Part shown: positions 56,935 to 64,000 of the stretch, in pieces | How positions within the stretch are numbered: the stretch's first letter is position 1 | Layout: each line of letters opens with the position of its first letter | Assembly (NCBI GenBank): GCA_964016885.1 | Contig: OZ024745.1 | Coordinates: 71,858,001 to 71,922,000 of the forward strand | Origin: Eledone cirrhosa | Lineage: Eukaryota | DNA: 64,000 nucleotides | Reading direction: 5' to 3' | The notes under the pieces: generated by a model | The model's database searches: none | The model's input: only the letters and a program-made list of their open reading frames with translations | Told to the model about the DNA's origin: nothing | Translations under genes and position numbers: made by a program

Positions 56935-57593
56935 TAGAATGAAAAATTAAAGAAAAAAAAAATAGATTGAGGAGACGGGTAGTGGCAGAAGCGAAAATAT
57001 TGTTTTAGAAAAAAACCCAGTCTATTCATGATATTGATGAAACTTCAGACGGGCACAAAATAAACACTCTTATTTTCCATCGCTTTAACCACTTTAACTT
57101 CTTCCACTATACTACCTCTTTACCAAAACGAGGAGGAAGATGAAACTGCATCTTGTTTAAAACCATGATCTTTACAATGAACCTAGACAAGAGCTGGATA
57201 AGGTTGTTTGAGATGATTCTACAGTAATCCACATACCCTGGACGAGTTTGCGGAAAACGGCTTCATTGTTCTCCCTGCATCACGGATGACATCCATACGG
57301 TGCTTTTAAATCTGTTTGTCAAACCAAATAATGCTATCTGGTAACACTACCAAATTAAAGATTAGATAATAAATCCTCTACAATCCTTGTTCTGAAATTC
57401 ATCGACACCCAAAGACATCGTCATCCATACCATATATAAAATACATACATTCTATATATGGTATGGACGACAATGACTATATGACCAAACTGGTAGTTAG
57501 CTGTGAAGGTCTGGCAAGATTTCATGATTCTCGGTTTATGACTGATTTGCGTCTGCTAACCAGATGAGCATTTCTGGTAAATGACAACCACAC

Positions 57594-57848
57594 ATGCTCA
57601 CTGTCGAAAATCTATCTAGATGCTGTAGCTTCAGTACATATTTCTGCATCATCAGATACGGTCCACAATCCACAATGGTTATTGGCGACAGAAATACACA
57701 GGAAACTGTCTATTTAGTAAATATTAAAACCAATATCGGCTCTAATTCAATTAAATATTACATAGGACAAGGTACGACAGTCAGGTATGTATCACATCAC
57801 CGGAGTCATAGAGACATTCGTTACCTGCACCCAATAATTCAAAAGTAG
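57594..57848 (+). pseudogene. GIY-YIG endonuclease fragment, probably from a Penelope-like element
   Basis: ETVYLVNIKTN...KYYIGQGTTVRYVSHHRS matches the VY...YIG...R..H pattern; lies near the hammerhead at 56.9 kb. Confidence 0.5.
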
Positions 57849-58883
57849 CTTTTTATTTGCCTAGTTTTCATTAAAATTGGCTACCCAAAGTCTTATGCTG
57901 AACTCAGTTTCGTCCCAATAGAAAGTTTGACCAAAACGGACACTGACACATTTGGCACATCAATAAAATCTGGTGGACATAGACATGCCTTTCCAAATAC
58001 CTAGTTGTAAGGCTCCCGATATGTCTTGGTTAATCTGTGTTGCTGTTACGCCGTATTCTTTTAGTTTGGGATATGCAATGTCAAACGAACTTGATAGGTT
58101 ACTATTTATACTGACCAGCGAATTGATGCAGTTGTAAACGTATCAATCCACTCTCATGGAGACGGGACCGTATACTGTTTCCCTTTAGCTAGCACTAGAT
58201 GGCGATGGATATTTATGTTGAACACTTTCAGTTTATCTAAGTTAGTAAACACTCTCAAAGCATTGAACTATACTGAAACCTTTATACAATGATCGCATAA
58301 CACTCTACACGACACTATATCAGACAAATGTCAGAGCTTATCGAGCATGTTGGACAAAATATTTATTAAAGATATTCGATATAGCCTCCACCATATCTTC
58401 ACTAACCGTATCTTCTTTTTTTAACAATGCGACCAATCCTTGTTGTTCCCAATTGGATGAGGAAATGCTCCCACGTGGCTGTAATTTGAGCTACACTTTA
58501 ACGAAAACAGAAATGAGTAAGTCTGGCATGTTTTAATAGTATTTTCAGCTGCTCAGTAAATCATCTACATCAGATGCTCTTATTGGCTTTTCAACAGATA
58601 TTTTTTCTGACGAGTTTTAAACTGTAGATGTAGGATTTAAATTCTTAACTCCATGGTTTCTACTTTGTCTTTGTTGTCATTGTTTTTATTGTTGTTTAGC
58701 TATTGTTATTATTTAGTTTTATATGAACATCCTGTCTGTATTTAAGATTGTTATTCAATATTTTTTAAAGAAGTTATAATACAATTTAAGGGAGATTTTA
58801 CTGTTGTTTTAGCAGGTCAAATGACCACGTAGAAGCCTCTATTATTGGCTCGTTTTAACCACATTCATGCTACTGCTGTTGCT

Positions 58884-59195
58884 GATGACGACGACAATGA
58901 CGACGGCAATTATAATGATGATGATGATGATAAGGATGATGATGATAATGATGATGATGATGATAAGGATGATGATGATGATGATGATAATGATGATGAT
59001 AATGATGATGATGATAATGATGATGATGATAATGATGATGATGATAATGATGATGATGATAATGATGATGATAATGATAATGATGATGATGATAATGATG
59101 ATGATGATAATGATGATGATGATAATGATGATGATAATGATGATGATGATAATGATGATGATGATAATGATGATGATAATGATGATGATGATAAT
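58884..59195. repeat. (GAT)n/(AAT) trinucleotide microsatellite
   Basis: Direct reading. Confidence 0.95.
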
Positions 59196-60992
59196 ATTGG
59201 TGCAGATAATATTGTTAATGAAGGCTAACGTTTCCTTATAGCTTTATAGCGTAGAATACGAATTATAATGAGACACACAAACGTGCATGCAGAGACAAAA
59301 ATATGAAGGAATTCCCATGTTTAAACTAACAACTCGAGGATGCTGACACTGATTAGGGAAAGTACGATATACTTGCTCCTTTCAAGGTTCACTTGGTATA
59401 GATTCTCCTATTGATTCTATACAAATTGTATAGGAGAATAGAAGGAGATATTCAGTCGGTTTCATTATTTTTCTATTCTTTCTGTTTATGTATATGTGAC
59501 GCAGGCATAGCTGAGTGGTTAAGAATTTCGCTTCGAAATCATCAGATCCCAAATTTAATCCCACTGCCAGGCTTCTAGGGCAAATGTCTTTATTATAGCA
59601 TTAGCATCGAGTTGACCCGAACATTGTGAGCAAAGTTTGGTAAACGGAATAATATCTCTGATGAGACGAAATGGACCTCCGTCGGCTTCGAACGGAACGT
59701 AAAAGGCCGTAACTCTATATCACAAATCATGTTGTCCGACGCTCTATCAATTCTGCCACTCTTCATAGTGTATGATAATGCTGACATTTTGAGCTACAGG
59801 TACAATTCATCCGACGGACCTCTTCCAAACAGTTTTACCCTCTACCCAATTTCACTTACAAGGTTTAGTTCATCCTGAAGGTATAGAAAATGGCACTAGC
59901 CCAAGCTGACACGGACACGCAGTAGAATCGAACGCGGGACCTTATGATTGCGAAGCGAATATTTTTAACCATTCGGCCATCTTGCGTTCATTGATGAGAA
60001 GACACAAACAAAAATACAGTAATAAATCACATATGCACATATTACAAAAGGAAACGCTAGAAATTGTTTAATGGAGAGTGTTTAGTCTTCATTAATATCG
60101 TAAGGGTCTAATGAAACTTAGGAGTTCAGTATAAAAATATAGAACAGATTGGGCGCAGATTACATAAAAAAATTACAAAAAATAAATAAATGTACTGTAT
60201 GACCAGACTTTGAAAAAAGAGAAATAGAAAACCTTTTCAGTAATTTTATTGAGAGAAATGATTAACAACATAAATAATTAAAACATAAACAAAGCTGAAG
60301 ATCAGCCATTAATCATTTATGCATGAACAATTTGTCATATGGAGTCGCTGTACAAAAGAGTGAAAATGTTCAGAGAATTCATAGCATGTAAGATAGGCTT
60401 CTGTTGTTCGAGGAGTGCAAGATCAACAGAAGCCTAATTTCTTTCTGCGCCATTCTAATGAATACTGTTATTTTGTTTATTGAAATAGTTGACCTGTTTT
60501 CATTCGTCTCTTAATTGTTTCAGTCACAAGACTTCGGTCATGCTAGGGCACTACGTTGAAATGTTTTTTTGTTTTGTTTTTAGTCTTTTAGTCAGTAACC
60601 AAGCGTCGAGTGGGATAACATTTTAAGTAGTCTTAAAAACTGCGATTTTGAACATACACTGTCAGAAAATATAAAAACGATCTTAACGTCCAGTTCCCTA
60701 TGAGACCGTATCACCTAATGTAAGGGAAGTAACGCTAACCCTACCCCTATCATTCTTTTCCGACATTATGCCTTTTCTAAAATATCGACATACACATGTA
60801 CTTTTATATGCGTTTTTCTCAATAACGTTGGGTTTTGTGGAAACCATTTGACAGCGTAAGATGCGGGTGAACACTACACTATTTAGTCTGGTACATATTT
60901 CATCGTTCTTATAAGAAACAAAATGTGCTATCTGACGGGAAATAACTGTTCCTGTTTACCCCAAGCTGACATAAACATACACACACACACAC

Positions 60993-61400
60993 GGTCATGA
61001 ATCTTGGGTAATGACCGAAAGAATACGATTGCGAATACAAGCGGCCGAAATGGGATTCCTCCGAAGGGTCTTTGGAATAACATTACTTGATAAAGTGCTT
61101 AGCTCGGACATTAGATGGTCATTTCAGGTAGAGCCGTTACTTCTCCGAATTGAGAGATCACAGCTCCGATACTATGGCCATGTGGTTAGAATGTCACAGG
61201 AAAGAATCGCTGGACAGATTTTACGGGTAAAACCAGCTGGCAAGAGACCCAGGGGTAGACCCCGAGCAAAATGGTTGGATAACATCCATGAGCTTGGCTG
61301 GTAACGCTTGGGGAATCAGCCGGATCAGTCGGAGACGGTTGCTTCTTCTGACAGGACCCACTGGAAGGAGTGTTTGAGCACTCTTCCCCCACTCACTGCA
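60993..61400 (+). mobile_element. RTE (Expander/Rex3-like) LINE 3' fragment
   Basis: HESWVMTERIRLRIQAAEMGFLRR...QLRYYGHVVRM...GKRPRGRPRAKW. Confidence 0.9.
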
Positions 61401-62660
61401 TCTGAAGCGTCCGTTGGTCTTGATATTCTCACCCAAAGAGCAAACAACGAAATATGCATTAGAATATTTTGCAAAAACATTCGTACCTAGTTACGTTTTC
61501 CAAAGATGAAGTAGTTACAGCTCGAATGTATTTGATCCCATATCTGTCCATCAAAACTTACCTAGGCTAAACAACAACACCGACGACGACAACAACGACA
61601 ACAACAACAACTTCGACCACAATATTAGCGTTTACATGTTACTTCTATGCGAACGTTAACGTCATACGTTCCCTTTCCACATCTATCCTCTATACTATAT
61701 CATTCTTTGCACGCGTTAACCCTCTTCACGTATTAAATATTCTTTCGGACGTCAAATCTTTTCATACATGAATTCTATAACAGATTAATTTTCGTCACAA
61801 GTTCATTCTGTTTATTCGTTAATTTACATAGCACACTTATTATCTTTGTCCGTTAATTAATTCCAGGTGTTAACTATGATTGATCGTTTCCATTCACACG
61901 TTAATTAACGTAACAACGGATGAATGAGGAACAGGTTTTTATATAGATTTTGTTTCATTTATTGTTTAATAACATCTGGAATATGATTCAGTTGTAGAAT
62001 AAAGACCATAATTGGAGGAAACCGATAAAGATTTGCGTTGGCAGCAATTAGACACAAAAAAACAAAACAAAACAACTTGTGAAATATTGATAAATTCATT
62101 TTCTATGAGAAGTGGAAATTCTCACGTCAAAGTTTTCCTTCCTCCGACCTATTGAATTGATAATTGTTCATATTAACTAATTTGATATCAAACCACCTGG
62201 ATCAGTCTCCGGTTCTATGATACACAATTGTTTAGTTCAAAGTGTTTCTATTTAACTAAAAACCTTTCATCATAATTTGTTATGTCCCAAACACCAGCTT
62301 AATAAAAAAAGTTAGTTAAATCCCTGCAAAGTTTTGATTATTTTCAAAATTGTTTGAATATTACATGTAGTATCTTCCATTATATTAACCAAATGGTTAA
62401 GCATTATGCTTCAAATTCATATAGTATTTGTCTGTGAATGGAAGATACTATGATACGTTTGCTCTAATCAACAATAGGATTAACGTTTAAGTACCAAACC
62501 TCCCATTGATATAAACTTTATATTCTGATAGTAATTCTCACTTGTCCATAATCTCTACTTGTTAAATATCTTATCTTATCTATGTTAAATACCTTTGTTA
62601 TACGAGCACAACGTCTATCTGATGTTTTGCAAATCACACGAGATTCTATTAGATTAGTTA

Positions 62661-62981
62661 TCTATATATATAAAACTGAGGATGTCTGTGTGTGTTTGTG
62701 AGTTAGAATCCCCAAAACTCGAGAAGCACCCAACCGACTGTTTTCAAACTTTACATATGTAATACTTATGTTTCAGGGAGTGTTCTGAGCAAAAGAATTT
62801 TAAAATTTTCAATGCCCTAGGGACCGTATTAGGCGATTTAGCGAACTCTCTCTATAATTCTTAGTCTTTCTCTTTTCAGATAGATACATACATATGACGT
62901 CGCGCCCTTATAATATCTGTCTGTATGTCTGGCTGTCCGCATTACGTCACTCCCCTGAGGATGTCTGTCTATGTGTGTGTG

Positions 62982-63064
<83 letters not shown>

Positions 63065-63661
63065 TTTGAATCCCTAAAATTCGAGAAGTACCCAACGGAT
63101 CTTTTTCAAATTTGTCATGTGTATTACTTATGTATCAGGGAGTGTTATGCACATAAAAGAATTCAACTTTTTGATTTCCTAGGGCCCGCATTAGGTGAAA
63201 AACTGCGTTTTAAAGCTTTTTATGTGTTTTTTGAGGCGTTATGTCAGACCGATTTCCTTGAAATTGTAACTATGTATTAGTCAGTCTCTTCTTCATACCG
63301 TGAGCAAAGAAAACCCAACTTTTTATGGCCTAGGGCCCGCATTAGGTGTACAACTTCATGTTTTCAGCTTTTTAGGGCTTTTTGGAGGCGTTACGTCTAG
63401 CCGATTTTCCCGAAATTTCAAGGCATATTGTGCACATAATTTTTTTTATTTTTTTGATCCCCTAGGTGAAAACGGCATTAGGTGAAAACCTGCATTTTTC
63501 CTGCTTCACCGAGGAAAATCTTAAAGATTATCCAGCCCTCAGATTATTCAGTTTATTTTCTTTACATATTGTCCAGGCATGCAGTTTTTCCACAATTAGG
63601 TATGTTGGCGGCCCGCGTTCCAAAATACCTTATCCCGTGCAACGCCGGGTACCACTGCTAG
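62661..63661 (+). mobile_element. Non-autonomous Helitron
   Basis: A|TCTATATATATAAA 5' end, 3' hairpin CCCG-tgcaacgc-CGGG (63634-63649), CTAG|T terminus, internal cctagggcccgcattaggtg repeats. Confidence 0.85.
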
Positions 63662-64000
63662 TCATATATATAGCCCGGTCATATCTCTTTCTTTAAACTA
63701 TTCCAAACAGTATTTCTAATGAAATCCTTTGTATTTTAATTAATTAGTGAAGAGTTTGAGAAGGATTTACTAAAATCATAATTTCATTAATATGATATTT
63801 GTAACATAACAAAATATTCTCATAAAATTATGCTAGAAAATTTTAAGTAGGAATCCTTCCCTTGATCCTCCGGAACATCCGATATCTGTGACCTGCTACT
63901 TTCTTTATCGACCCCAAAAAGACGAAAGTCAAAGGGGAACTCAGATTTGAACTAAGTGACCGGGAATATATATATATATGAGAGTATTGAAGTTTGCTTG

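Noticed and set aside
58845-59241. Poly-Asp / poly-Met ORFs
   Set aside because: Translation of a (GAT)n microsatellite with no splice or domain support.
59658-59690. CTGATGAGACGAAA hammerhead-like string
   Set aside because: No room for stem II and no stem I/III pairing; it lies at a SINE tail junction.

Overview
AT-rich, microsatellite-saturated animal genomic DNA. The repeat landscape (tRNA-derived Nin-domain SINEs, R4/Dong, RTE and CR1 LINE fragments, a Helitron, very long (TA)n/(CA)n/(TATG)n tracts) suggests a cephalopod, probably Octopus; that assignment is inference. One host gene is supported: the 5' part of a minus-strand thrombospondin (signal peptide plus TSPN/LamG-like domain) in four phase-compatible exons (54970-54883, 10891-10727, 10153-9939, 1856-1655), with a ~44 kb first intron and a TATA/Inr promoter near 55.16-55.19 kb. 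It continues off the left edge. Nearly all long ORFs in the supplied track are microsatellite artefacts. The main hidden structure is a set of short elements, mostly sitting in (TA)n tracts, built as head-to-head foldbacks and carrying type I hammerhead ribozyme motifs of the Penelope-like (PLE) pLTR kind. About a dozen motifs from several unrelated families are visible, and at least three look intact and lie in the sense strand of the thrombospondin introns. Two foldback families have the same architecture but no hammerhead: one has a tRNA-like head, the other a conserved unexplained ~50-nt core. A young RTE-derived non-autonomous element carries a 35-codon C2H2 zinc-finger micro-ORF, and an R4/Dong-like LINE appears to target (CATA)n. 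All structures were read by eye; no folding or database search was run.
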